NCBI GenBank assembly: GCA_965215505.1
Contig: OZ244065.1
Coordinates: 800,001-864,000 of the forward strand
Source of the DNA: Capsulimonadaceae bacterium
GTDB lineage: Bacteria; Armatimonadota; Armatimonadia; Armatimonadales; Capsulimonadaceae
DNA length: 64,000 bases
Direction: 5' to 3'
Part shown: positions 18,133 to 27,917 of the stretch, one piece after another
Layout: each line of letters opens with the position of its first letter
How positions within the stretch are numbered: the stretch's first letter is position 1
Position numbers and translations under genes: made by a program
Notes under the pieces: generated by a model
Databases searched by the model: none
The model's input: the letters and a program-made list of their open reading frames with translations, nothing else
Told to the model about the DNA's origin: nothing

Positions 18133-20187
18133 CTACGGGGTGGGCGGCGCGGCAAGGTCCAGATACAGCGGGAAGAACTCCCCATAAACGGCACGCTTCT
18201 GGTCCCACACGTCGGGGAACATGCCCAGGAAGACCGAGGCGACCGGCCCGGCCTGTATGGCCTGGGGCAGAAACGGCTGCAACGACGCCGCCTGCGCGAG
18301 CTGCGACGTGTTCAGGGCCGTGGCGGGCAGACGCCCCTCCAGCAGAGCCGTGCGGCCGGTGTCGTCCAGCGTCCCGTACAACTGCGCCGTGTGCGCGAGT
18401 TGTTTGATCGCGTTGATCGCGTCGTAAAAGGGCGGCCTGCGGATCTCCGGCTTCATCATTCCATTGTAGCCGGGGAACAGGGCGATATGGCTGGGCACAT
18501 AGGGATGCGACTTGCCATACAGGTCGGCAGTGGAGGCGATGTTCTGCACGGCCAGGTCCCTCTCCTCCGGCTGGAACAGCGCCAGGCCGTTGTAGATCTG
18601 CCAGGGCGTCAGTGTGCTGAACACCTCCGCCGCCCAGTCCCAGTTCCGCTTCAGCGTCGCCTCCCGCTCCTCCGGCGGCTGAGGGGCGGCCTGAACGCCA
18701 GCCTTCTGCCGGGCGGCCTCCTGCTTCCTTGTTTCGAGGACGGCGGCGAACCAGCGGCGCAGCAGCGGCTCGGGCACCTCCAGGCCGTCATCACGATACC
18801 AGCGGTTGTTGCGGATCAGGGTGACGCCGTCCGCGTCCTTCGTCCAGCTTATGTCGCGCCTGGCCGCCATCTCGTCCAGTTCGGTCGCCAGCGGACGCTT
18901 CACCGGCAGCTTCTTCTGGTCGGGGGGCATGTCATAGCCGTCCTTGGAATAGTAGTCGCAGACATATTCCAAGTGCCCCTGCGCCCCCAGCCAGTCCGTC
19001 TGCGCCGCCCGGCTGATCAAGGGCGGCAGATCGTTGAAGCCCCTGTGCGGTTCGGGCGGCAGTTTCGGCAGCGCGTTGGGCCAGACGCGGCTCGTATGGT
19101 AGGCGATCAGGGTCTTCCACTCTTCCGGCGGCACCAGCTCCTTCCGCCGCACGGAATCGACCAGTCCGGCATGGTTCAGGTACACGGGCAGCATGTTCAG
19201 GTATGTCGGCCACATCGGGGCGTCCAGGCTGACCTCCGAGCTGACCGATGGCGGGCAGTTGTACGGCGTTGCGGATACGCCGTAGCCGCCGCTCTGGAAC
19301 AGAAAATAAACCCGACTCGGGTCAAACGTCGTCAGGTCCTTCTGCGCCTTGACCGCGAAGCCCGCATAGGCGGGCGGTGCCTGGGCCAAGCGGTTGACGT
19401 TGTTTTGCATCGCCGTTTTGAACTTTTCCTGGGTGTCGGCGGACATCTGCCCCAGCCACGCGAGGAAACCGGACTTCTCCCCTTCACCCCCAAAGCCGAC
19501 GTCTTGCAACTGGTAGAAGGCGTCGAAGTTCACACTGGCGGCGATCCGCTCCTTCAGCGGCTGCGGCAGAGAGTGGAAGAAGTCGTGCTGGTCCGCCACT
19601 TCCTTCTCGGCGGCCTGGTTCCACTGCTCCAGGTCCGGGTCGGTTTCCTTGAGCCTCTGGGCCTTCGTCTCCATGGCGGCCAGCACGAGCCGGCGCTGGC
19701 GGACCAGTGACTTTTCGCGCTCCCCCAGGAACAGCCGCCACCACTCCGTTCGGGCGTCGGCGGCCTGCTTGGTCATGGAAAGCTGGTAGCCGTGCGGCGT
19801 GCGCTCCCACACGCCCGGCACCATCTCGGCCAGGGCGGTCATCAGGGTCCGCAGCGGGCGGTTGTTCAAACGCACCTGGAGCTTGAGGTCGGCGCAGTCG
19901 GGGGCGGCGGTCAGCAGGAAGCGGTGGCCGTCCTCCATCTTGTCTGTACTCTTGTCCAGGCTCTCCTGTTGCAGCACCTCGCCCAAGGGGACGCTGATGA
20001 GGTCGAGGGTGACGGGCCGGTCCAGGCGGCTGTCCCTGTCCAGCATCGTCTTCTGGCTGACGGCAGGGGGCGCGGCGGGGGCAGGCTTCTGGGCGAGGGC
20101 CGCGCCGGGCAGCACGGCCAGGAAAAGTAAGAGCGCCGCCGAGGGGCAGGGGCGGCGGGCGCGGCGGAGTGATGACAGTCTGTTCAC
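18133..20187 (-). CDS. Hypothetical secreted protein (about 684 aa)
   Basis: AGGAGG RBS before GTG at 20187, signal peptide (SAALLLFLAVLPGAALA-Q), host-like codon usage; no family recognised. Confidence 0.75.
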   Translation of the reverse strand: MNRLSSLRRARRPCPSAALLLFLAVLPGAALAQKPAPAAPPAVSQKTMLDRDSRLDRPVTLDLISVPLGEVLQQESLDKSTDKMEDGHRFLLTAAPDCADLKLQVRLNNRPLRTLMTALAEMVPGVWERTPHGYQLSMTKQAADARTEWWRLFLGEREKSLVRQRRLVLAAMETKAQRLKETDPDLEQWNQAAEKEVADQHDFFHSLPQPLKERIAASVNFDAFYQLQDVGFGGEGEKSGFLAWLGQMSADTQEKFKTAMQNNVNRLAQAPPAYAGFAVKAQKDLTTFDPSRVYFLFQSGGYGVSATPYNCPPSVSSEVSLDAPMWPTYLNMLPVYLNHAGLVDSVRRKELVPPEEWKTLIAYHTSRVWPNALPKLPPEPHRGFNDLPPLISRAAQTDWLGAQGHLEYVCDYYSKDGYDMPPDQKKLPVKRPLATELDEMAARRDISWTKDADGVTLIRNNRWYRDDGLEVPEPLLRRWFAAVLETRKQEAARQKAGVQAAPQPPEEREATLKRNWDWAAEVFSTLTPWQIYNGLALFQPEERDLAVQNIASTADLYGKSHPYVPSHIALFPGYNGMMKPEIRRPPFYDAINAIKQLAHTAQLYGTLDDTGRTALLEGRLPATALNTSQLAQAASLQPFLPQAIQAGPVASVFLGMFPDVWDQKRAVYGEFFPLYLDLAAPPTP

Positions 20188-20470
20188 GGGCGAACCTCCT
20201 GACAGGGCATGACACGGAGAGGGGTGGGAAACGCCTTCGCCTGGGTGTCTTCTCGGCGCCGGCGCGACGTCGGGCCTGATGGTAGGAGTATACAACAATG
20301 TTGGCAAACAATACAATAGACCTGCTGCATAAGCTTCTGCTCCCCGGACTGAAATCCAGGTCTTGGGCAAAGCAAGTGTCCGCCTGCGCGGACATAGGAG
20401 CGGCTTTCTTTGTCCTGGCCCCTAATCGTTTCGCTCCGTAGCGTGGTGAACCAGGTGGACGCTCACACTT

Positions 20471-21064
20471 TCACAGCCCCAGGATTAATTCTTGGGGACT
20501 TATGCAAGATGTCTGATACAGGGCATTGGCAGTACGCTCCACACGGGTCGTGTGTTCGTGGTAGTCCACGCGGTAGACGTCCGGGCTTGCCAAGCCCTGC
20601 CACTGGGCAAAACCCACGGCATCATCAAAGGACTTCAGGATGAGTGCCAGGAGATTGCCATGGGTGACCACGACTGTTGTTGTCAGCTCGGCCTCGGCGA
20701 TCTCGGTGATTGCTTCCCTGCCGCGTTCCATCGCCGCCCGGCTTGACTCGCCGCCCGGCAGGCGGAGGTCCAAGTCAGTGAAACTCCTCTCCAGCTTCTC
20801 GCGCCATTGCGGTAACGGGCCGCCGCATAAGACACGCTCCCGCAGACGTTCATCTACCTGGATGGATAGGCCGCAGAGTTTTGCAAGCGGTTGTGCCGAC
20901 TGATAGGCCCGCAGCAGTGGGCTCGAAACGACTCGTGTGATGGGTTCCTTGGAGAGATACTGCGCGAGTACGAGTGCTTGCTTTTGCCCACACTCTGTGA
21001 GGGGTGCATCAGGCTCCTGGCCCGACGTCTGGCAGTGGCGGATCAGATAGATGGTTCGTGACAT
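20471..21064 (-). CDS. Histidine phosphatase (phosphoglycerate mutase-like) family protein
   Basis: IYLIRHC, SSPLLRAYQSA, LRER, GGES, VVTHG motifs. Confidence 0.85.
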   Translation of the reverse strand: MSRTIYLIRHCQTSGQEPDAPLTECGQKQALVLAQYLSKEPITRVVSSPLLRAYQSAQPLAKLCGLSIQVDERLRERVLCGGPLPQWREKLERSFTDLDLRLPGGESSRAAMERGREAITEIAEAELTTTVVVTHGNLLALILKSFDDAVGFAQWQGLASPDVYRVDYHEHTTRVERTANALYQTSCISPQELILGL

Positions 21065-21192
21065 CTCGTTTTCATCAAGGGAGGGGACAAAAGGCAATGC
21101 CGGCGTGGATTTGCGTGTAACGCGATTATCGCCGTAAAGTGGTAGAATATGGCTGCCCGCCCGTTCATCGCCCCGCCCCGGAAGGTTACGCC

Positions 21193-23217
21193 ATGCCCGT
21201 ACAAAGCGCCACGCCAGTTCAGGAGGCTGACCAGGCGGCACCGCTGCCGCCGATCCGCCGCCGGTCGGTGACGCCGCGCGCCGTCCTACTGGGCGTCCTG
21301 CTGCTGCCGGTCAACGCCTATTGGGTCATCTGCATGGAGCTGATGCGGTACTCGGCCCACCCGACAACCCTCTCCCTGTTCTTCAACTGCGTGTTCCTGC
21401 TGGTCGTCCTCACACTGCTGAACGGCCTCGTCGCCCGCATACTGCCGCGCTGGGCGCTGTGTCAGGGGGAGCTGCTGCTGGTCTATTCCATGCTCGGGGT
21501 CGGCACGGCCATGTGCGGGCACGACCTGCTCCAGATCCTGCCGCCGATGCTGGCCTGGCCGGTCTACAAGACGTCCGGGGAGAACCACTGGGACCAGCTC
21601 TTCGCGGGGGCCTACCCACGCTGGCTGACGCTGACCGATTATGGCGCGGCGCGGGACTTCTTCGTCGGCAACTCCACCCTCTACACGGCCTCCCACCTGC
21701 GCGCCTGGGCGGTTCCCGCCCTGACCTGGTGCGCGTTCCTGCTGATTTTGTTGTTCGTGCTGCAATGCGTGAACGCCATCTTGAGGAAGCACTGGACGGA
21801 CTCGGAGCGGCTGACCTATCCCCTCGTTCGTTTGCCTTTGGAGATCACCGCCCAGGCGCCGGGCGGACCGGGCGGGACGCCGCTGACGCGCCAGCGCCTT
21901 TTCTGGGGCGGCTTCCTCCTGGCGGCCGTGGTGGACACGGTCAACGCCCTCAACTACTACTACCCCGCCGTGCCGTCCATCCTGACGCCGGGGAACGGGC
22001 AGAGTTTTTTGGACCTGCACCAGTTCGTCACCGCCCGGCCCTGGAACGCCATCGGCTGGACGCCGCTGTCGTTCTACCCGTTCGTCATCGGACTGGGGAT
22101 GCTGATGCCGATGGACTTTTTGTTCTCCATCTGGTTCTTCTATCTGTTCTGGAAGCTGCAATCAGTCCTCGTGGTGGGCTTCGCGCTCGACGCCGACCCG
22201 CGGATGCCATACGCCAATTATCAGTCGGGCGGAGCCTACTTCCTGTTCTGCGTGTCCAGCGTGTGGCTTGCGCGCGGCTTTTTGAAGCAGGCCTGGCGGC
22301 GGGCGGTGGGCCTGTCCAGCGCAGTAGATGACCGCGATGAGCCGCTGCGCTACGGGACGGCCTTCACGGGCATCGGCGGCGGGCTGGTGCTTTTGGTCGG
22401 CTTCTCGATCTACTTGGGGCTGGCCTGGTGGCTGGCCGTGCTGTTCTTTTTCCTTTATCTTTGCCTCGCCCTGGCGATCACGCGGATGCGCGCGGAACTC
22501 GGGACGCCGATTCACGACCTGCACAACACGGGGCCGGACGTCCTGCTGCCGGACCTGCTGGGGGCGCGGAGCCTGAGCCACCAGGACCTGGGCGTCTTCA
22601 GTCTGTTCTTCTTCTTCAACCGCGCCTACCGGTGCCAGCCGATGCCGATCCAGCTAGAGGCGTTCAAGATGGCCTCCGTTACGGGCAGCCCCACCGAGAT
22701 GGGCCGCGAGATGCGCGGCTGGTTCTGGGCCTTGCTGCTGGCGGGCGGTCTGGGGGCGCTGTGCGCGTTCTGGGCGATGCTGCACCTGACCTACCAGTTC
22801 GGGGCGCTCGCCAAGGCCGACCACGGAGCGATGCAGGCCTTCGGCAGCGAGTCGTGGAGCCGGCTCACAAGTTGGCTCCAGCAGCCCAAGCCGGCCAACC
22901 GGTCGGTCGCGTGGGCACTCGCAGTCGGCTTCCTGTTCGCGGCCTTTTTGCAGGCGATGCGGATACGCTTCTTCTGGTGGCCCTTCCACCCGCTGGCCTA
23001 CGCCGTGTCGTCGTCGTTCGAGATCAATCTGGTCTGGATGCCGCTGCTGATCGCCTGGATCGTGAAGAGCCTGATGCTGCGCTACGGCGGCGTGCGGACT
23101 TTCCAGTCGTCCCTGCCCTTCTTCTACGGCCTGATTCTGGGCCAGTTCGTCGAGGGCAGCCTGCTCAACATCTGGGGCATCATCACTGGCACGCCGACCT
23201 ACCAGTTCTGGCAATAG
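21193..23217 (+). CDS. Large polytopic membrane protein, DUF6785/DUF6784-like (putative OPT-like transporter)
   Basis: Many TM helices; ERLTYPL, RMRAELG and WWPFHPLAY motifs that I recall as typical of this family. Confidence 0.7.
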   Translation: MPVQSATPVQEADQAAPLPPIRRRSVTPRAVLLGVLLLPVNAYWVICMELMRYSAHPTTLSLFFNCVFLLVVLTLLNGLVARILPRWALCQGELLLVYSMLGVGTAMCGHDLLQILPPMLAWPVYKTSGENHWDQLFAGAYPRWLTLTDYGAARDFFVGNSTLYTASHLRAWAVPALTWCAFLLILLFVLQCVNAILRKHWTDSERLTYPLVRLPLEITAQAPGGPGGTPLTRQRLFWGGFLLAAVVDTVNALNYYYPAVPSILTPGNGQSFLDLHQFVTARPWNAIGWTPLSFYPFVIGLGMLMPMDFLFSIWFFYLFWKLQSVLVVGFALDADPRMPYANYQSGGAYFLFCVSSVWLARGFLKQAWRRAVGLSSAVDDRDEPLRYGTAFTGIGGGLVLLVGFSIYLGLAWWLAVLFFFLYLCLALAITRMRAELGTPIHDLHNTGPDVLLPDLLGARSLSHQDLGVFSLFFFFNRAYRCQPMPIQLEAFKMASVTGSPTEMGREMRGWFWALLLAGGLGALCAFWAMLHLTYQFGALAKADHGAMQAFGSESWSRLTSWLQQPKPANRSVAWALAVGFLFAAFLQAMRIRFFWWPFHPLAYAVSSSFEINLVWMPLLIAWIVKSLMLRYGGVRTFQSSLPFFYGLILGQFVEGSLLNIWGIITGTPTYQFWQ

Positions 23218-23226
23218 AAGACGCCG

Positions 23227-23502
23227 TCAGCGCACGAGGCCGAGCAGGTCCCCGACGGTGCGGTGCTTCTCGACGGCGTGACGCAGCGGCTCCTCGCCGT
23301 GGACCTCGTACTGGTTACGCCGCCCCTCCCGATGGCGGGTGATCACGCCCGCCTCCTCCAGATCCGCGACAATCCGAAACACGGCCCGCTCGGTGATCCC
23401 GACGCGCTCCGCCACATCGCGCAGCCGCAGTTCCGGGTCCTCGGCGAGACAGATCAATACATGCGAATGGTTGGTCAGGAACGTCCAGGGGGGCGTGGGC
23501 AT
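23227..23502 (-). CDS. Small winged-HTH transcriptional regulator (WTFLTNH family)
   Basis: [30 protein letters not shown], wing REGRRNQY. Confidence 0.9.
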   Translation of the reverse strand: MPTPPWTFLTNHSHVLICLAEDPELRLRDVAERVGITERAVFRIVADLEEAGVITRHREGRRNQYEVHGEEPLRHAVEKHRTVGDLLGLVR

Positions 23503-23530
23503 CGGTCATCTCCCGGAATAACATGATTAT

Positions 23531-23574
23531 AAATACATGAAACACTTGACATGTATTTGTTTACATGTCACAAT
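23531..23574 (+). promoter_or_regulatory. icd promoter overlapped by palindromic operators
   Basis: TTGACA(23546-23551)-N17-CACAAT with extended TG; perfect inverted repeat TGACATGTA-N6-TACATGTCA (23547-23570) and a second AAATACATG-N10-CATGTATTT (23531-23558). Confidence 0.8.
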
Positions 23575-23617
23575 TGTCGCCGACGGAGTCAGTATACTCA
23601 GAAAGCGAGAAAAAGCG

Positions 23618-25081
23618 ATGTTCGATGCACCCGCACCCCCCACCCCGCGCCGGGCGATTACGGTCGCGTTCGGTGACGGGATCGGCCCGGAGATCATGGA
23701 GGCCACGCTACACGTCCTGATGGCGGCGGGGGCGCAGTTCGACATGGACATCATCGAGATCGGCGAGGGCGTTTATCGGCGCGGCTTCTCGGCGGGCATC
23801 GAGCCGTCGGCTTGGGAGTCACTGCGGAACACGAAAGTCTTCCTGAAAGCGCCGATCACCACGCCCCAGGGCGGCGGCTTCAAGAGCCTGAACGTCACCA
23901 TCCGCAAGACGCTGGGCCTCTACGCCAATGTCCGCCCGTGCGTTGCCTACGCGCCGTTTGTCCAGACAAGGCACCCGGCGATGGATCTGGTCATCGTGCG
24001 GGAGAACGAGGAAGACCTGTATGCGGGCATTGAACACCGGCAGACCGACGAGGTGATGCAGTGCCTGAAGCTCATCACCCGGCCCGGCTGTGAGAAGATC
24101 GTGCGCCATGCCTTCGAGTACGCGCATCGGCACGGGCGCGGCAAGGTCACCTGCATGACCAAAGACAACATCATGAAGATGACCGACGGGCTGTTCCATC
24201 AGGTCTTCGACGAGATCGGGGCGGAGTATCCCGGCATCGAGCGCGAACACATGATCATTGACATCGGGGCGGCCCGGATGGCGGACACCCCGGAGGTCTT
24301 CGACGTGGTCGTCACGCCCAACCTTTACGGCGACATCCTCTCGGACATCGCCGCCCAGGTCGCCGGCTCGGTGGGGCTTGCGGGTTCAGCCAACATCGGC
24401 GAGCGGGTGGCGATGTTCGAGGCGATCCACGGGTCGGCCCCGGCAATCGCGGGCCAGGACATCGCAAACCCCTCCGGCCTGCTGCTGGCCGCCGTGCAGA
24501 TGCTGGTCCACATCGGGCAGCCCGACGCCGCCGCGCGGGTGCATAACGCCTGGCTCTGCGCCTTGGAGGAGGGCGTCCATACCGCCGACATCTACGCCGA
24601 AGGAGTCAGCGCGCGGCGTGTCGGGACGCGGGAGTTTGCCGAGGCGGTCATCACCCGACTGGGCCACACGCCGGGTGTCCTCAAAGCCGTCCGGTATGAG
24701 GCCGCACCGGAAACTCCTCCCGTCGCCTTTCACTCACGGCCCGCCCCGACTCGGAAGGATTTAATCGGCGTGGACGTGTTCCTGCACTGGCGGGACGGCA
24801 GCCCGGACCAGCTCGCCCGCGCATTGGAATCGTCAGGCAGCGACGACTTGGCGCTCACCATGATCACCAACCGCGGCGTCAAGGTCTGGCCGGGTGGGAT
24901 GCCGGAGACGTTCTGCACGGACCACTGGCGCTGCCGGTTTATGTCCCCCGAGCCGATCCGCCACGCGCAGATCATCGGCCTGCTCGGGCGGATCGAGGCT
25001 GCGGGTCTGGACTTTATCAAGTGCGAGAACCTGTGCAACTTCGACGGCAAGCCGGGCTTCGCGCTGGGGCAGGGGCAATGA
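23618..25081 (+). CDS. icd: NADP-dependent isocitrate dehydrogenase (type with C-terminal extension)
   Basis: GDGIGPEI, KAPITTPQGGGFKSLNVTIRK, RENEEDLYAGIE, NLYGDILSD, EAIHGSAP, MITNRGVKVWP. Confidence 0.93.
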   Translation: MFDAPAPPTPRRAITVAFGDGIGPEIMEATLHVLMAAGAQFDMDIIEIGEGVYRRGFSAGIEPSAWESLRNTKVFLKAPITTPQGGGFKSLNVTIRKTLGLYANVRPCVAYAPFVQTRHPAMDLVIVRENEEDLYAGIEHRQTDEVMQCLKLITRPGCEKIVRHAFEYAHRHGRGKVTCMTKDNIMKMTDGLFHQVFDEIGAEYPGIEREHMIIDIGAARMADTPEVFDVVVTPNLYGDILSDIAAQVAGSVGLAGSANIGERVAMFEAIHGSAPAIAGQDIANPSGLLLAAVQMLVHIGQPDAAARVHNAWLCALEEGVHTADIYAEGVSARRVGTREFAEAVITRLGHTPGVLKAVRYEAAPETPPVAFHSRPAPTRKDLIGVDVFLHWRDGSPDQLARALESSGSDDLALTMITNRGVKVWPGGMPETFCTDHWRCRFMSPEPIRHAQIIGLLGRIEAAGLDFIKCENLCNFDGKPGFALGQGQ

Positions 25082-25108
25082 TGGTTCTTCCAAGGGCCTG
25101 CAACGGGG

Positions 25109-25123
25109 TACAATAACCGCATG
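25109..25123 (+). promoter_or_regulatory. -10 box directly ahead of the ppc start (leaderless-type promoter)
   Basis: TACAAT-N6-ATG with no Shine-Dalgarno sequence. Confidence 0.6.
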
Positions 25124-27910
25124 GAAAAAGAGGAAATTAAGGGCCGGGACGAGGGCGGGGGCGAACTGGCGCGGGACGTGCGGCTGCTGGGCAATGCCCT
25201 CGGTGATGTGCTGCGGGAGCAGGGCGGTGAGGCGCTGCTTCAGACCGTCGAACGTATCCGGGCGCTGACCAAAGAAGCGCGCAGCCGTCAGGGGCAGGAC
25301 TCCGCCGAAGCCGAGCTAGACGCGCTGTTCGGCGGGATGGAGTTCTGGGAGGCCCTGCCGGTCCTGAAGGCGTTCACCACCTATTTCCAACTCGTCAATC
25401 TGGCCGAGCAAAAGGAGATCGTGCGGGTCAACCGGCGGCGGGCCTTCGAGGCGGGCGACCAGCCCCGGCCCGAATCGGTGCGGGACGCCGTGAAGACCCT
25501 GCGCGAGTCGGGCGTGACGGCGGACGAGATGCGCGCCCTGGTCGCCTCCCTCTCGATCCAGCTCGTTTTCACTGCCCACCCCACCGAGGCCAAGCGGCGG
25601 AGCGTCCAGGAGAAGCTGCACCGGCTTTCGGACTATCTGGGCCGTCTGGAAGAGCCGCTGCTTTCGCGGAGCGAGCAGGAGCGGCTGGAGATGGATGTCG
25701 CCGCTGAGACCGAGATATTGTGGCAGACCGACGAGGTCCGCCAGCGCCGCCTGTCCGTGCTGGACGAGGCCCGGAACATCCTGTTCTACTTCGGCGAGAC
25801 TCTGTTCCATGTGACGCCGCGCCTGTACGCCGATCTCGAAAAGGCCCTGGCGCAGTGGTATCCCGGTGAGTCGTTCGACATCCCCGTCTTCCTCGAATTC
25901 GGGTCTTGGGTGGGCGGCGACCGCGATGGCAACCCGACGATCACGCTGGCGCACACTGCCGAAGTGCTGCGGCTGCACCGCAGCCAGGTCCTCGCGCTTT
26001 ACATCCCCGCCGTGCGGAGCCTGAGCGACCGCCTGAGCCAGTCCCTCCACTATGTCGGCGTCTCGGAGGCGCTGGAACGCTCGCTGGAACAGGACGCCGA
26101 GCGGCTGCCGCAGGTGGTGACCGAGGCGGCGGGGCGCAGCCCGACGGAGCCGTACCGGCGCAAGTGTGAGTTCGTCTGGGAGCGCCTGCGGCGGACGCAG
26201 GCCGGGGACGAGGGCGGGTACACGTCGGCCTCGGAGTTCATGGCCGACCTGGAAACGATCCGCGAGTCGCTGGAAGGAAACGGCGGCCACTACGCCGCCC
26301 GGCGCGCTCTCGCCCCGCTGATCGCCCAGGTGCGCCTGTTCGGCTTCCACCTGGCCCGGCTGGACATCCGGGAACACAAGGAAAAATATCTGGGCGCATT
26401 GGCCGCCGTGCTTGCCGATCAGGGGGTGGACTGGGGAAGACTGACCGAGGCCGAAAAAGTCGCCCTGCTGGAGCGGGAGATCGGCGGGCGTCGGCCCCTG
26501 GTCACCGCCCGGCTTGAGTTCGACGAAGAGACGAACAAGACATTGGGCCTGTTCCGGCTCGTCTCCGACAAGATCGAGGCGCTAGGGCCGGAAGCGGTCG
26601 GCTCGTTCATCCTGTCCATGGCCTCGGGCGTGTCCGACGTGCTGGCCGTGCTGCTTCTGGCGAAGGAGGCCCGGCTGGCGGACCTGCAAGCGGACAGCGG
26701 CTGGTCGCGTGTAGATGTCGTGCCGCTGTTCGAGACGATCGAGGACCTGGAGAACGCGCCCGACATCCTGGACACTTTGCTGTCCAACCCGCTCTACCGG
26801 CGCAACGTGTCCCTGCGCGGGGACAGCCAGGAGGTCATGGTCGGCTACTCGGACAGCAACAAGGACGGCGGGTATCTGACCGCCAACTGGAAGCTGTATG
26901 TCGGGCAGGCGCGGCTTGCCGCCGTCGCGCGGCGTCACGGCGTCACCCTGCGCCTGTTCCACGGGCGCGGCGGGGCGGTCGGGCGCGGGGGAGGCCCGGC
27001 GGGCAAGGCGATCCTGGCCCAGCCGCCGGGCAGCGTCCGAGGCCGGCTGAAGATCACCGAGCAGGGCGAGGTCATCGCGGCCCGCTACTTCGACCAGGAG
27101 ATCGCCTACCGGAACCTGGAACAGATCACCCACGCCGTGCTGATGGCGAGCGCGGAACACGGCTCGCGGACCGACGAGACGCCGCCCGCGTGGGCGGAGG
27201 CGATGGACGAGGTTTCGGACGCGGCCTTCCGCGCCTACCGCGCCCTGGTCTACGACGACCCGCATTTTGTCCGGTTCTTCCAGGAGGCGACCCCGGTGGG
27301 CGAACTAGCCCAGCTCAACATCGGCTCGCGCCCGCCCAAGCGGACCGCCTCGGACCGCATCGAGGACCTGCGCGCGATCCCCTGGGTCTTCTCCTGGATG
27401 CAGTCCCGGTACACCCTGCCGGGATGGTACGGCGTTGGGACCGCACTCGCGGGCTACGCCGACCAGTCCCCGGAACACCTGACGCGCCTGCGGGAGATGT
27501 ACCGGCGCTGGCCCTTCTTCGCGACCATGCTGGACAATGCCCAGATGTCGCTCGCCAAGGCCGACATGGACATCGCCGCCCGCTATGCACGCCTGGTCAC
27601 GGACCAGGCGATGGCGCAGCGCATCTACGGCACCATCGCCGGGGAGTTCCAGCGTTCCGTCGCCGTCATCTGCCGTATCACCGAGCGGGAGGCGCTGCTG
27701 GACAACCAACCCATCCTGCAAAAGTCCATTCGCCTCCGCAATCCCTATGTGGACCCCCTGAGCTATTTGCAAGTGGAACTGCTGCGCCGCCTGCGCGCCC
27801 TGCCGCCGGAGGGCGACTCGGAGGACCTGAAAGCCCAGCGCCGCGACCTGCGCGCCGCCGTACTGCTGTCAATCAACGGGGTGGCGGCGGGGGTGAAGAA
27901 CACTGGATGA
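25121..27910 (+). CDS. ppc: Phosphoenolpyruvate carboxylase
   Basis: VFTAHPTE, GSWVGGDRDGNP, EVMVGYSDSNKDGG, FHGRGGAVGRGG, LRAIPWVFSW, C-terminal KNTG. Confidence 0.97.
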   Translation: MEKEEIKGRDEGGGELARDVRLLGNALGDVLREQGGEALLQTVERIRALTKEARSRQGQDSAEAELDALFGGMEFWEALPVLKAFTTYFQLVNLAEQKEIVRVNRRRAFEAGDQPRPESVRDAVKTLRESGVTADEMRALVASLSIQLVFTAHPTEAKRRSVQEKLHRLSDYLGRLEEPLLSRSEQERLEMDVAAETEILWQTDEVRQRRLSVLDEARNILFYFGETLFHVTPRLYADLEKALAQWYPGESFDIPVFLEFGSWVGGDRDGNPTITLAHTAEVLRLHRSQVLALYIPAVRSLSDRLSQSLHYVGVSEALERSLEQDAERLPQVVTEAAGRSPTEPYRRKCEFVWERLRRTQAGDEGGYTSASEFMADLETIRESLEGNGGHYAARRALAPLIAQVRLFGFHLARLDIREHKEKYLGALAAVLADQGVDWGRLTEAEKVALLEREIGGRRPLVTARLEFDEETNKTLGLFRLVSDKIEALGPEAVGSFILSMASGVSDVLAVLLLAKEARLADLQADSGWSRVDVVPLFETIEDLENAPDILDTLLSNPLYRRNVSLRGDSQEVMVGYSDSNKDGGYLTANWKLYVGQARLAAVARRHGVTLRLFHGRGGAVGRGGGPAGKAILAQPPGSVRGRLKITEQGEVIAARYFDQEIAYRNLEQITHAVLMASAEHGSRTDETPPAWAEAMDEVSDAAFRAYRALVYDDPHFVRFFQEATPVGELAQLNIGSRPPKRTASDRIEDLRAIPWVFSWMQSRYTLPGWYGVGTALAGYADQSPEHLTRLREMYRRWPFFATMLDNAQMSLAKADMDIAARYARLVTDQAMAQRIYGTIAGEFQRSVAVICRITEREALLDNQPILQKSIRLRNPYVDPLSYLQVELLRRLRALPPEGDSEDLKAQRRDLRAAVLLSINGVAAGVKNTG

Positions 27911-27917
27911 CGTAACT

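Noticed and set aside
17947-19710. 587-aa plus-strand ORF
   Set aside because: Antisense to the secreted protein, which has the RBS, signal peptide and terminator
23537-23617. ORF-track N-terminal extension of icd (likewise the longer starts given for arc, APC permease, recQ, histidine phosphatase and others)
   Set aside because: The extensions run through promoter/operator DNA; downstream starts fit RBS position and family N-termini better
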